From Camelus ferus (taxonomy: Eukaryota), in the NCBI RefSeq assembly GCF_009834535.1, contig NC_045696.1, positions 111,788,001 through 111,852,000 on the forward strand: 64,000 nucleotides of DNA, read 5' to 3'. The translations under genes were made by a program, and so were the position numbers. Shown piece after piece: positions 1 to 13,109 of this stretch; within the stretch, counting starts at the first letter, position 1, and each line of letters opens with the position of its first letter. The notes under the pieces were generated by a model, which made no database searches, was not told where the DNA came from, and was given only the letters and a program-made list of their open reading frames with translations.

Positions 1-1615
1 GAGGAATTAAAACAAACTTGTGGTCATAAAATACAACTAAAACTTAATGAGTGAGAAGTACCCAAACTTGTTCTTTCCTCTCTCCATTGCTAAACAATAT
101 TTTAAAATCATAGTGTGAAAAGGCCTATGATATTTTCTTTGAGACCAAACTTATATGAAACACATAGTTTTAACATGCTTTTCTTTTTCCTTTTGTAACA
201 TCATAAAATTATCTTGGATAAGAAGTGACAAATCACCAACAAGTCCGATCTTTCCTTTAGTCTGGAAAGGGGCGAGAAATTTTATGATATTCTAATTGCT
301 GTATATAATTTAGTACCATATTCCTTGGTAAAATACCAGGGTCTTTTCTTGCACCAAAATCTTCAAAGGGGCTCTACTACCATAGCCTCCTAGTCACACT
401 TAGGTTTACTTAAATTTTTTGTAATCTGATTCAAAACTATCTTTCCAGATATGATTCCCATTCTCTATTAAAATAGATTTCTACCCAGCAAAACTAATCT
501 ATTTCTAGATTGACTTCAGCTTTTCTTTTTTCATCTCTGTATCTTTGCTTGTACTTTCAACATTCATTTTCTTCCTAACTTGTGCTAGAAGCTGGCATAT
601 GAAAATTAGTAGGGTATGGTTCTTGCTTTCAAGAAGTTTCAAGTTCACAGTCAAGTAGAAGCTGACAGCCTTGGAGACAGATATGTGCAAACTACTGAAA
701 CAGATGCTGTAACAGAAGAATGTAACAGAATTATTATAATAACACAAAGGAGACAATGGGGTCTGTGCTACCTTCCAAAGTCAGAAAAGGCTTCAAAACA
801 AGTGAACTTTGAACTGCATCTTGAAAATGAGTAAATGTTTGTAGCTAGTAAATTTGGCAGGAAAAGGGCATCCTCACAGGCAGAGTAGAACAAAGACCTG
901 GAGCCCTGGTATCTCCCACAAACTGCTGGTAGTAGTTCCACGTGATCAATGTTGGATTTGAGGTGTGAGTGAAAGTGACACACAGACTGATAGGAAAAAG
1001 TCTTGGGTGTCGTGCTGAAAACTCTGGATTTGATCCTGCAGGTCAGAGATGATATGCGGGCAGCCCTGGTCTAATATGGACTGCAACATTCTTTTGTTGA
1101 ATCTAAATTCCTCCAGGAAGGAAATGGTAAGCTCCCTCATTCCCTTCACCAGGGTCTCTGCTCCTCCTTTTCTTCTTGAACAAAGCCACTGAGGACATTC
1201 AAGTTACTTGCCTGACTCCTGACATCATTTGACTGTACGATGTGGGCAAAGATTAGCCATAGAAAACTTGTCACCAGAAGAATAATATGATCAGCTGGGT
1301 GGTGTAGAAAGATCACCATTGCAGCAGTGTGCAGAGGGGATTTGAGATGTGGGAATGGACGTGGGGAAGAGAGTTAAGACTGGTGAGGCCCTGAACTGAG
1401 GCAACGGCAAGGAGGAGAGATGGAGACGATGTTGAGGGGGAAATGTGGCTGGGATCCTGTCCCTTTGTACATCGGGACAGGGGGACAGTTTATCTCACAG
1501 CTGGGAAGTCCTCCTCTTCGTCACCTCATGAACCTCCAAATTTAAGGGTTCTGTTCAAATTCTTCCTCTTCCATGAAACTGCAACCACAGTGGAATTTTC
1601 CTTCCTCTAAACTAA

Positions 1616-1750
1616 TAGTTCTCAAACTTTACCTTGCACCAAAATCATCTGAAGGGCTTACCACACAGATTGCGGGGCCTCACCTTTAAAGACGGGGCCT
1701 GAGAATATTCTGCCGAATTCCCTGATGCTGATACTACTGGTGTAACTAGT
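1616..1750. mobile_element. MER5-like hAT-Charlie (similar relics near 21570-21715 and 62755-62940)
   Basis: TAGTTCTCAAACTT...AAATCATCTGAAGGGCTT...CAGATTGCGGGGCCTCACC. Confidence 0.6.
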
Positions 1751-2865
1751 CACAATGACTCCCATGAAAGCAGGGCCTGGGCCCATCTCCTCCCCTGCTT
1801 CATAGTGCCTAGCACAGTGCTTGGCTTTCAGTAGCCGCTTCATAAATGTTTGGTGAGTGAATGAACTATGGAATGAATTCATAAATACATACCCTTATAT
1901 TGGCTGGTATTCATACACCACTTTGTGTGTTTCTTACCAAATGACTTCTATTTTTCTTTTCACAAAAACTTTTTTGTTTCATCAACTAATGGGCTATCTG
2001 TATGTAAGGTATTCTTGGTTTTGCCCTTCCTACTAGATAAAAATTATCTTAATGTTATCTATCTCAGACTGCTTTGCACAGAGCAGGTGTGTGATAAATA
2101 GTTATTGGTTAATTACTGTAATCAATCACACGACAGTGAATCACCAGATCAATTCCTGAAAGGCTTCAACCCCTCTCCTTGCTGATGGTCTTTATTGAGG
2201 TCAACATTTTCTTTTTTTTATGACAAAACCTCTCCTGGGGAAATTTTAGTGAGTTACTTCTTTATTCTATTTCATTTAAGAATAGTGTCAGCTCTAAAAA
2301 TGGTGTTCTTAATAAGCTAGAATCCTTAAAAAAAAAATCATTACTTTGGAACAAAAGAAAAGTGAAATGAAAGAATAGGAAGTTCAAAGCTGATTGAATA
2401 CTAGAACATCCTTTCATGTGTTTGAAGCAATGGGGGATATAAAGAGATTAAGAGTAGCTTAATATCTTCACCTTTTCTAAAGAAAACTGAAAAATAAAAA
2501 TATTTTCAACCTGACTTAAGTGGAAGAAGCAGAGAGGGAAAAGAGTGAGTCAAGTCCCCTATAATAAATTCCCCTAAGAGCTTCATAAGTGGTGCTATCC
2601 AAGAGAGATTGTAGTTACTCAAAGGAACTCAAAGAGTAATTGGAAAGAATTTAAATTTCAGGTGATTTAAAATAAACAATAATTTACTGAATTCCCCTTA
2701 AAATGAGGATTTCTATGATATTCTAGACTGTACATTATTATCACAGTATTAATTTTATGGCGTTGCTTTTCAACTGTGGTTGCATGTTCCCCACAAAATT
2801 ACCCTAAGGCCATTATCTCTGTCAAGGGGAAAACTGGACTGATAACCTTCGGTTCCTCCTCCCGC

Positions 2866-2988
2866 CACACACACGCACGCACGCACGCACACGCGCTCGC
2901 GCGCACACACACACACACACACACGCGCTCGCGCACACACACACACGCGCTCGCGCACACACACGCGCTCGCGCACACACACGCACAC
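2866..2988. repeat. Compound (CA)n / CGCGCTCGCG microsatellite
   Basis: (CA)n tracts separated by four CGCGCTCGCG blocks, preceded by (CACG)n. Confidence 0.95.
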
Positions 2989-3412
2989 TCCTGCTTCATT
3001 TCTAGAGCACTTCCACTGGTGTTCTGTATATACTGTGTTTCCTCTTAAGGATTTTATTTGGAAAAAAGTGTTCTGTTGCTTTAAAAAATATACTAGAAAA
3101 TATATAATAACCTTATATAATTAATATAAGGATAAATAAATGTGCTGATGGAAAAAAAGAAACTGAAATTAAGGAGAGTATAGTTTGTGATAGAGACAGC
3201 TAGTTGCAGCCCTAGCCCCGCACCTTCCTCCATCCTTTAGGGTTGTGAGTGGCCACATCCAGCCAGGGACTGCATTTCCTCATCTCCCCCCTTTTATCTG
3301 GATGGCGCTTCATTCTCACCAGCAATGTGGTAGAGAAAATGCTGTTCCTCATTTCTGGGCCATGTGCTTAAGAACCAGGGATACTGCCCTTTTGCCCAAT
3401 CACTAACTAAAT

Positions 3413-3852
3413 GCAGAGGTCTCTGAGGCTCTGTGGCAGCAGTAAGCTAAATCCAGCAGGCTGCCTGTTTTGGTAAATAGTTTCATTGGAACGCAGCCAT
3501 ACCTGTTCATTTTAAAATATAGTTGCCCCTCAAACAACACGGGTCCACTTATATGCGGATAGTTTCCAGTAGTAAATACTACAGCACCACACAGTCCACC
3601 GTTAGTGAACTCCTCAGATATGGAACCACAGATACAGAGGAAGCCTGTATGCATACCCCGGAAGTTATATGCAGACTTTCGACTGCACAGAGGGTTGGTG
3701 CCTCTAACACCCCGAGCTGTTAAAGCATAAACTGCACTGCTGATGGAACCACAACCACACAGGCAGAGTTACATAGTTCAAACAGAGACCCTATGGCTAC
3801 AAAGCCTTAAACATTTACTATCTGGCCTTTTACAGAAAATGTTTGTTGACCT
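3413..3852 (+). mobile_element. MER58A hAT-Charlie MITE interrupted by a Tigger MITE
   Basis: GCCTGTTTTGGTAAATAGTTTCATTGGAACGCAGCCA ... ATTTACTATCTGGCCTTTTACAGAAAATGTTTG. Confidence 0.8.
3520..3734 (+). mobile_element. Tigger2-family MITE
   Basis: Degenerate TIRs resembling CAGTTGACCCTTGAACA; internal GGGTCCACTTATATGCGGAT. Confidence 0.75.
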
Positions 3853-4609
3853 TTATGTTACGGGATGGAAGGAGCCTGGGGCCCTGAATCATTATTTGGA
3901 GGAAAGCTGCTCTCTGACAAAGGACACCTGTGCTACTTACTCAATTTTTGCGTGAACAAGAAAGCCATTTATCTTGTGTTAAGTCACTGAAATTTTTAGT
4001 TACAGCAACTAGCAATACACTATCAGCTGAACACACTTTTTGGAAGCTGGTCCCCAAAACTACATATGTATTAAAAAAAAACTTCTCACATTTATCTGGC
4101 AAATGAATGGTAACTGAAGTGGGTGGTATAGCTCAGGATTTTGCTCAGAGATATTGGAAGAAAATTTCAAATTTAAAAAGCAAATAACATTTAAAGAAGC
4201 TACTTAGGCAAATAACTTATCTTAAAAACATAATGTCAAGAAAGATATTTGTTGAGGTTTGGAAAGGAATTTTTGCCAAGAAAGGAAGCCATTGGTAAAG
4301 TACACTTTACAGAGCATAGTGAGGCAGAGGATGAATTAAGGGGGTTAGGGTTCATCTTCCAAGAAGAATAAAGGACACTGATCACATGATCTACCCAGAA
4401 AACAAAGTCACAAATTGATACATGCCCTTACTATATGGGATGCATCATTTTGCTGTATTTCCTTTCCATTCCATTCTACTCTATTTCATCGTTATTGTGT
4501 GTTTTATTTTGGTCAATTTAACCCACTATGTTGCAACCTGTGGTTTTGAAAATCAGTTCTTTACAGAGACATCATACTATCTGAGCTGGGGCTTATGAAA
4601 GAGATTTTC

Positions 4610-4711
4610 TTTTCTTTTATTTATTTATTTTCAGAGGAAGTACTGGGGATTGAACCCAGGACCTTGTGCATGCCAAGCATGCACTCTACCACTTGAGCTA
4701 TACCCTCCCCC
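4610..4711 (-). mobile_element. tRNA-derived camelid SINE (vic-1-like)
   Basis: Reverse complement reads GGGGGAGGGTATAGCTCAAGTGGTAGAGTGCATGC...GGTTCAATCCCCAGTAC plus an A-rich tail; imperfect TSD aa(g)agattttc. Confidence 0.88.
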
Positions 4712-5369
4712 AAAAGATTTTCAATCATTTATTTAATTCTAAAAGGAATCCATATAGCAGAAACCTAGCGGTGTTTACAGCCATGCGTTAGGTGAACATT
4801 GTTTGCTCCTTCCTTCTGGGGTCTTTCATCCACATTTATTTAAGGCCTGACAACCTACGAGGAAGCTGTAGGATAGTTTCATTTGGGAAAAGGGGGTGGT
4901 TGGAAATATAGGGGGGTTCTCCACCTGCCTGGCTGCATCATTTGGGGCTGGCACTGGGGCTGGGAGGAACCCTGGTTTCTCTGGTGCACCAGCCAACACT
5001 CGCTGGCCCTGCCCGAAGTCTCCCGCCCCTACGACCAGCCTTCCCACCCGACCCCGCGGCCCCGACCACCAGATATCTTAAAGCCTCTCCGCCCGGACGA
5101 CCAAGACCACGCCCCCGACTGGTTGAAGCCCCGGGGCTCTTACGATCCGCGCCCTCCCCCTACCCCGTCCAAATCCCCGACGCTCCCCTAAACAGCCCCT
5201 AGTCCGCCTGACTGAGCCCCGGCCCCTCCTGGCGTGCCCTCGCCTTTCCCGGACTAGGCCCCCGCCCCTGGCGACCAATCCCAGCCCCTCCCGGCCGAGT
5301 CCGCTGCCCTCGGGGACCAGGCAAACGCCCCTGCCGGACAACCCGAGCCCCTCCCCGCCGAGCCGCTAG

Positions 5370-5792
<423 letters not shown>

Positions 5793-8700
5793 TAGCGCCC
5801 GCTCCGCCGGGGTTTGGGGCGCCTGGCCGGCGCCAGGGGCGGCGAGGCCGGGAGGGGCCCGGGCCTGGCTGTCGCTCAGGGGCCCAGAGGCCGGCCGGCC
5901 CCAGCCCCGCCCGAGGGGAGAGAGTCTCTTTGCACCTGTGACCTGACACCTGCTGTAGGGGAGCCCGGGGCGAACTGAGTCCTGGGACGGGGCGGGGCGG
6001 GGCGGGGCAGAGGAGGCGGGAAGGCGCGCCCCGGGGTCTGGCCTCGGGTCCCGCCGTTTAACCGTCTTAGGTGTCAGCACCGAAGCGGTAACAGCGTTTA
6101 ATTCTCACGGCGTGAGTTTTACCCAGCAGCGTGCCTTAAATTGGCACATGCTTATCAGAAGTTAGTCATGGACAGAATGTTTTCTTCCCAGCATTTTGTG
6201 ACTATCTTAATACTAAACCATAATACTGCTGTAGTATTAGTGAGGATAACCTTGACTAAAAGTAATTTTTTTCTTTCTCTTGTGAGCACCAGTCCACTTC
6301 TAGATCTCTAAGGGACCGTAACAGATTTTGGGATATGGGAAGCAACTTTGATTATTCAATCTGAATCATTACTCCCCTCAATTCTTAGATCAGATGGTGT
6401 GGTGTCTTGAGGGATGGCATGTGTCGGGGAGGGAAATGCAGCGGGGTTAAAGGAGCACCAGGTGCCGGTGCTTTAGTGATGTTACCTCGTTTATCGGCTC
6501 ACCATGATTATATAGGTTCTCGGTCCCCCCTCAGCCCGTGGTGCACTTGCTCTTGTAAGTGGTGGATATATTGGCATGGAGTCTAAATGGAAAGCCTCCT
6601 CAATTTCAAAGAAATAGATTTTCACGTGAGCCAATTTTAAGTGACATTAGTTACAAGTGCAATGTTTTAAACAGCAGCAGTTATAACATTGTCCATATAG
6701 GTAACATTAATGATTTTAAAAGTTAATTGAAGGCAAAATATATTGAGCCCTTGATATGCTCCAGATGCCACGAGGGTTGCAGCATGTGCACTGTACAGAG
6801 ATGCACAATTGTGACCTATGTGGGGGCTGTCTTCCTCCTCTGTGACACCTTCTTCTCTACCTCATCTTCTCTACCCTGGAAGGTCTAACAGCTCTTCAGA
6901 GCACAAGGATGCCACAAGCCTCTGCATGAGTGAACTCATGAGCAGAGAGCCCTTCAGCTGGGACCTCCCACCTGGAAAGCCACCAAGCTGTTTAAACCCC
7001 ACTATTCAGAAAAGTGGGTTGGCCTTGTAATAAGGGTTCACTTCTGCTTTCAATGCAGCAAAACCACAAATACTAACATTAAGATGTTTTGAGAAAGGAA
7101 ATCTTTTGCATCATAATCATCATTATGAATGTTTACCAAACTCATAGAAGAAGCTGGGCATGCTGACATTTCATGTTACAATCTTTACTATGGCTTATGT
7201 TTCTCGTCTTAAAAAGTTTTTATCAAAAAAGGGAACTAGGAGTGTGGAACTCATGTAAGTGGAGATAGTGTGGAAAACTACCCTTTTTAGTTCGTCTTAA
7301 GGAATAGTATTACTTCCTTCATGTTCTTACAGTTCAAACTCCTTCAGTCTTTGGGGGAGAGGGGGGACCCGCCTTTTCTTACAGTTCCAAGTCCAGTGAC
7401 CTCTTAACAGAAAAGCCTCAGACCTCTTCTTGATTCAAGCCACACCACGTTACAGACATGCTAGTCTAACTTACCCGAGGGTAGAGAAAACCAAGGTTTT
7501 CTGTTTCTTTTGCTGTCTTAGAAAATCCATTAGTGTGAGAGATAAGGGACTGTGTAAGGGATGTTGTCTCCATATCCCTTGTTCCTGCCTCAGGGTCTGG
7601 CATAGCATAGTATTTTATAGGATGAGTGCTCAAATGAGAATTTAATTAGCAGGTTTTGTTTTGTTTTGTTTTAAACAGTGGTATTTGTCACTATATGCAA
7701 GTGAAAATAATACTTTTGGTTAAGTTTTCAATTTCTGCTTCAGATAATGTTTACCCTGTTTCCCAATTAAGAGTCATAAAGCTAATGAAATCAGGGAATG
7801 AAATATACACTGATTTGCCTGCACAGCATGCCATGGGTTTGAACCATTTTTTTCAGTTCACTAACTTCTAGATAAAGATGAGCTGTCCTCAACTTTTCAA
7901 AAACCTGTAATAGTTTCATTGCTATTCCACATGGGTCCCTTAGAAAATGTGCTTCATTCATTCTTTAAAAAAACATATTTGATTTTCCACCAAGTTCCTT
8001 TGCAAACTGCATACAGTTACTGGCTACACACTGCATTGGGTGTGTTTGGGAAGGGCCAGGAGGGGAAGGTGGTTTCTTCCTTTGAAGAAAAGAAATATGT
8101 TTGGGAGAAAGACATAGGTATGGAAAATATCCACAGCATAAAATCTAGAGAACAATATCAAGACGATGCTTAAACACTTACATGTTTATGTGAAGAGATA
8201 GCAGGGGGATCTAAAGTGGAACAGTTTTGAGAACAAAAATTTGATAAGAGAATGTATATTTGACATGGCAAGAAAAAGTGATTGTAGTGATTGTAGTTTC
8301 TGGACCCAAAGAGAAACATAATGAGAATTTCATGTAAGAATAATGATGTTAGGAGATACAAGGCATGGTTTCATCTCTGAAGCCAAGCATAACTGAAAAT
8401 GGAGAGGCAAGAATTGGAGGTTCTTGATGACTGAATGCCAGGAGTACAGCTGGTAATGGGGGGACTCAAAATACTTGAAATAACTTCAGGTTTCTCATCT
8501 GCGCTACTATTGATGCCTGGAGAAATTCACCGAGGTAGTTAACTGAGGATGAGTGAGTTTGTTCGCATCTTATATGGTGGAGGGTATGTAAGCTTTGGAA
8601 TCAAACCAGTGGGTTTAAATCTTAATCTACCATCCTAAGAAGGCGATTATAGGCAATTTATGTGAAGTCTGAGATTCAGTTTCCTCCTTTTTAGAAGGAA

Positions 8701-9108
8701 AGGACAATACCTATATTATAAGATTGTTGCAAAAGATTGAAGTGAAGGACATGGCACATACGTTATCTGTTGTTAATTCTTATTCAGTTTTTTATTTTGA
8801 GCTAAATTACATGTTTCCCTTGTCAGCTACAGGGAAAGATAGAGTTAGAGCCAGAGATGGTTATCAGCTGGTTCTAAAGGCAGGTAGTTGTTTTTGAAAG
8901 TTTTACGTGTAAGTCAGAATAACAGATTTTCAGAGCTAGAAATAATTTTTTAAATGACCTACAAACCAACTTTTGTGATTAGTACTAAAAAGACAAGATT
9001 ATAGGATGCACTTAGGTACTAAATTTCCATTGATGAGAACTCTATGGGATTAGGCATTCTAAAAAGGAAGAGGGCTAGTGAATGATTAGATACACATAAT
9101 TCTCAGCA

Positions 9109-9270
9109 TTTTTTTTTAATTGAGGTATAGTCAGTTTACAATGTTGTGTCAATTTCTGGTGTACAGCACAATGCTTCAGTCATATATGAATATACATATA
9201 TTCATTTTCATATTATTTTTCACCATAAGCTACAAGATACCGAATATAGTTCCCTGTGCTGTACAGTATG
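9109..9270 (-). mobile_element. L1 3' end fragment (young, lineage-specific type)
   Basis: polyT then ATTGAGGTATAGTCAGTTTACAATGTTGTG...ATAGTTCCCTGTGCTGTACAG, a typical laurasiatherian L1 3'UTR terminus. Confidence 0.82.
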
Positions 9271-9802
9271 GACTTTTTATGACCATTTCTGAAATAGAAA
9301 CATTTAAGTTTTTTTCTGATGAAAGGAATGCTGTGCCTCAGTGGGAGGCTTATTGTTAACATATCTTAAAATTTTAGAAATATGGTAGATTATGACTTTT
9401 AAGGTGAAAAGCAAGACTTTTTCCTATTACTCAATTGTAAAAACAAAGACTAATTTTTCTATAAATAAAACCATTTGGTAGGACAACTATAAAGATACCA
9501 AAATATATTCAAAGTGATGGTTGAGTGAGATATAGGAAGTTTTTGCTGCCCTTTCAAACCCCATTTATTCAGCAGCAGCATCCCACAGCCAGAAAAAGAA
9601 ACCTCTTAATAATTGCTAACAAGCAAGATAACTACTAAAAGTTGTAGGGAAAAAAACCAACAAAAGTTTAAGAAATAGTTAATGGTCAGCAGAGATAGAA
9701 AAAGAGACATCAAAGAAAATACTTGAGAAAAGTCGTAGAGAAAATTAAGTTAATGGAAGAAAAGGATGAAACAAGACTAAAGGCGATCCTCAGGGGTAGT
9801 TT

Positions 9803-9858
9803 GTTTATTTATTTATTTTTAAAATTTTGTTGTTATTGGTTGTGGGGGAGGTACTTAG
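9803..9858 (-). mobile_element. 5'-truncated SINE: tail-only insertion
   Basis: Reverse complement CTAAGTACCTCCCCCACAACC...AAATAAATAAAC resembles the 3' extension of the 22546 SINE; perfect 15-bp TSD CCTCAGGGGTAGTTT. Confidence 0.8.
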
Positions 9859-12162
9859 CCTCAGGGGTAGTTTAGACACTGCAGGAGGAGAGTAGTGGTG
9901 AGTTCCAGGAGCGCAGCCACACTGAGATGAGGCTGTGGAGCCAGAGATTCAGGTTTGTATGCCCTTTCCCAAGGGCAGGAAATGGGAGCTGATGGATTTG
10001 GGGTCTGATGGCCTCATGGCCACGTTCTTGTCTAAGCCTTTGAGGCAGGGCTTTCACACCAGTCTGTGCTCCAGACTGTAGCTGGTCTGCTCAACATTTC
10101 TAAAAAGAGGAAGATAGGATTTGGATAACTGGACGTTACTGCCTTTGTTTATCTGTTTGCGATGTGTGAGAATAAGTAAGAAAAACAGATAAATGATATG
10201 TGAGCTCCACAGATGTTGTACAAAGTAGAAAATTACTCATTAGAAACTAAAGAGGAAGCATCTAAACTATACAAAGCCTGGGGCAGAGAAGCTACATCAA
10301 CAGTTACTTTGAAACATGTATCAAAATAAGCTCTGTCAGAACAACTGGTGTAAGTTTTATAGGAATTTTAAACAGTAGTGAAAAAGGAAAGAAAAGTTAG
10401 AAAATTAAGCCCAGTTAAAGACTTTGAGTACGTAGAAATCTGGAAGCTAATGGGAAAAAAAATAGATTAAGATAGCTCAAGCAGTTTTGCACCAGGATAT
10501 ATCATCCTGGTGGCACTGATAGGTTTATCGGGAATGTGTTGAATATCATGAAAAGATGCCTCATTTACCTGTTACTAGTTTTGACAAAAGTACGATTATT
10601 TTTTAGTTTAATGTTTAAGTGGTGAGAAAGAGAGGCATGCTTACGATGCAGTGTGGCATAGAAGCCTGGGATGCTGAGTATGTCACTGTGCCCAGGACAG
10701 CTCCCCTACAACAAACGCCTGGTATGTCAGTATTGCCAAGATTTTAAAAACCTGATCTGATACATGGGATAAAACTAAGGCATCTGTTTCTCCTTGTGTT
10801 TCTCAACTATCTGTAATTTTCAAGTGACCTGTGGTGGAAAAGTCTTTTTGTTTTTAATTTCCAATCATTTGTGGACCTATAACTTTTGTAAAATACAATG
10901 AAAATTTCATGGCAATATCAAATTACTAAATAATTTCTGAATCCTCTCAGTTTCTGCACTCCTTATGAATGAGTAGCAAACAGTTTGTAGATCAGCACCA
11001 ATCCAGATATTTTAAGTAACACTATTTTAGAGCTTTTGTTTCTGAATATTCTATAATAAACTTGTATAATTTTTCAAATTAAGGAAAGAGGTTTAAAAAA
11101 GATTCATGTGGTATTTATGACAATTTGGGAACAGGAATTGCTTGATGGAAAACAAATGTGAAATTTGTTGAAACTTCCACAATTAAAAATCCTTTTTTTA
11201 GTTTTGTTTTTATATCACAGTATCCAGAGAACGTGTGTAAGTTTAGAACAACGATGGTTGTCATTTGTCCACCCCCTCATTCCATACATACCATAGGTGG
11301 TTAATCTCAGCACTCCTTCTGTGGACCCATCTTTCTTAATATAGTGCTGATGGAAGCCACTAACATTTTAAGGGAGTGGATATCAGATGTGAAACCTACT
11401 TATGATCCTAAATTATGTTCAGAAGGTCTTTTGAGTATAATATTGTAATTATCTTTAACCTTTTATTTTCTTTCTGATTTATCAAGGTGATTAAAAATCT
11501 CAAAAGGTTTTCAAGTGCTGGTCTGGTCCCATGTGTACTATTCAAAATCTTTATCTTGGTAAAAGAAATTCATATCTTCATTTTATTTTATTACCATATT
11601 TGCTGTGACAAAAATATATCTTGAGCAGAACTTGCAGTAAAAACAATGGTTGGTCTAGGGAAGACAGAAAAATCAGGTGACTATAAAGGTATACCTAGGT
11701 TCATGTTTTGTCAGAAGTGAAGTCTTTGAGGAACTTTGATTCATTTTTATATGGCTTCTTAGTTTCTTTTATCCATTCACGGCATAAATATTCATTAACC
11801 ACCATCCACACATCAGGCACTATTCTAGATCCATCAGAACAAAAGAAGTAAATCCTTCTGCCCTGTCTGGAGCTAACATGGATTTTTTTCTTAGCAACCT
11901 AAAAACTCGTAAAGGTCTCTAGCTCTAACAGCACAGAAATAAAATGTCACATGGCTTTCCCTTATGGCAGTATTAATATTATCAGCTGTGAAATTAAACA
12001 GTGATGCTACAGTAAGTGTATACTGTGGTCAGGTTCACAAAATCAGGCTGTATTTCCAGACTCTGCTTCCTCTTTCTTTAAAGGTGGGATCTGAACTACC
12101 TTGTAGGAGTATAGTCAGTATAAATTGTGAAAAGGAATGCAAAAACACTGCGAAAAATATAA

Positions 12163-12384
<222 letters not shown>

Positions 12385-12746
12385 TAATTAAGATAATGTA
12401 TTTCTGTTTATTTTGGCAAACTATAGAACTAATTATTTCTTCACTTACTGGACATTACAGATTAGTCACAGTAAATGTACTTTAAGATCACACTAAAATA
12501 TAACAACTCTGCCACAGGGAGAATTCTTACAATCTCAGTCCTTTAGAATGTCAGACATGCAGTGCTACCCAAGGACTGAGTCAGTGGCTTTAGACTTTTA
12601 GCTAAAACCTGATCTGTGGGTGCACAGGAATTACTAGTGGGGTCCAACCACCTGTCTCCAGTAAGCAGTGAAACAAGTGAAAACAGAAAAGCTGAGTTTA
12701 GTTGCCACACATAAGGCTTCTCTTCTGTGATGGAAGAATCTCAATT

Positions 12747-12793
<47 letters not shown>

Positions 12794-12795
12794 TT
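12747..12795. repeat. (TTTA)n tetranucleotide microsatellite
   Basis: About 11-12 uninterrupted TTTA units. Confidence 0.95.
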
Positions 12796-13109
12796 TTTTG
12801 CTTGTTTGTTTTTAGGTCAAGAGAAAAGTTTGATGTGTCCATCTTGTGACACAATGAAAGTAGCTAGCAAGGTGATGAATTTTTCTGTTTGTGTGTGCGC
12901 TTAACCATTTCTGGTTTATGGAATACTGGGAGAAGTCGCACAGGTCGTGGAGACCCAGAGGGCGGGGCTGTGACTGCTGTCGAGGTGACATGCTGGGTTC
13001 CTGCAGGAGGTGCTTCCCTCCCGCCTCTCTGCTTCCCTCCCCAGAGCGCGTTTCAGACTTTGGGGAGATGGTAGTGACTAGATGGATAGCAGTTCCCGTC
13101 TCATGTGCA

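Larger units (their letters stand above)
3186..4020 (+). mobile_element. ERVL LTR (LTR16-like) interrupted by MER58A
   Basis: GGCCACATCCAGCCAGGGACTGCATTTCC in the 5' part; GGATGGAAGGAGCCTGGG...TTAAGTCACTGAAATTT...GTTACAGCA in the 3' part. Confidence 0.65.

Noticed and set aside
2770..3048. HTHAR/CVCV-rich ORFs
   Set aside because: Translation of the CA/CG microsatellite
4119..4137. GGGTGGTATAGCTCAGG resembling a tRNA/SINE 5' end
   Set aside because: Only about 15 nt match, with no B box, tail or TSD
1..4800. OXSM exons or an alternative upstream NGLY1 first exon
   Set aside because: No ketoacyl-synthase-like peptide or convincing exon is visible; the region is mostly repeats
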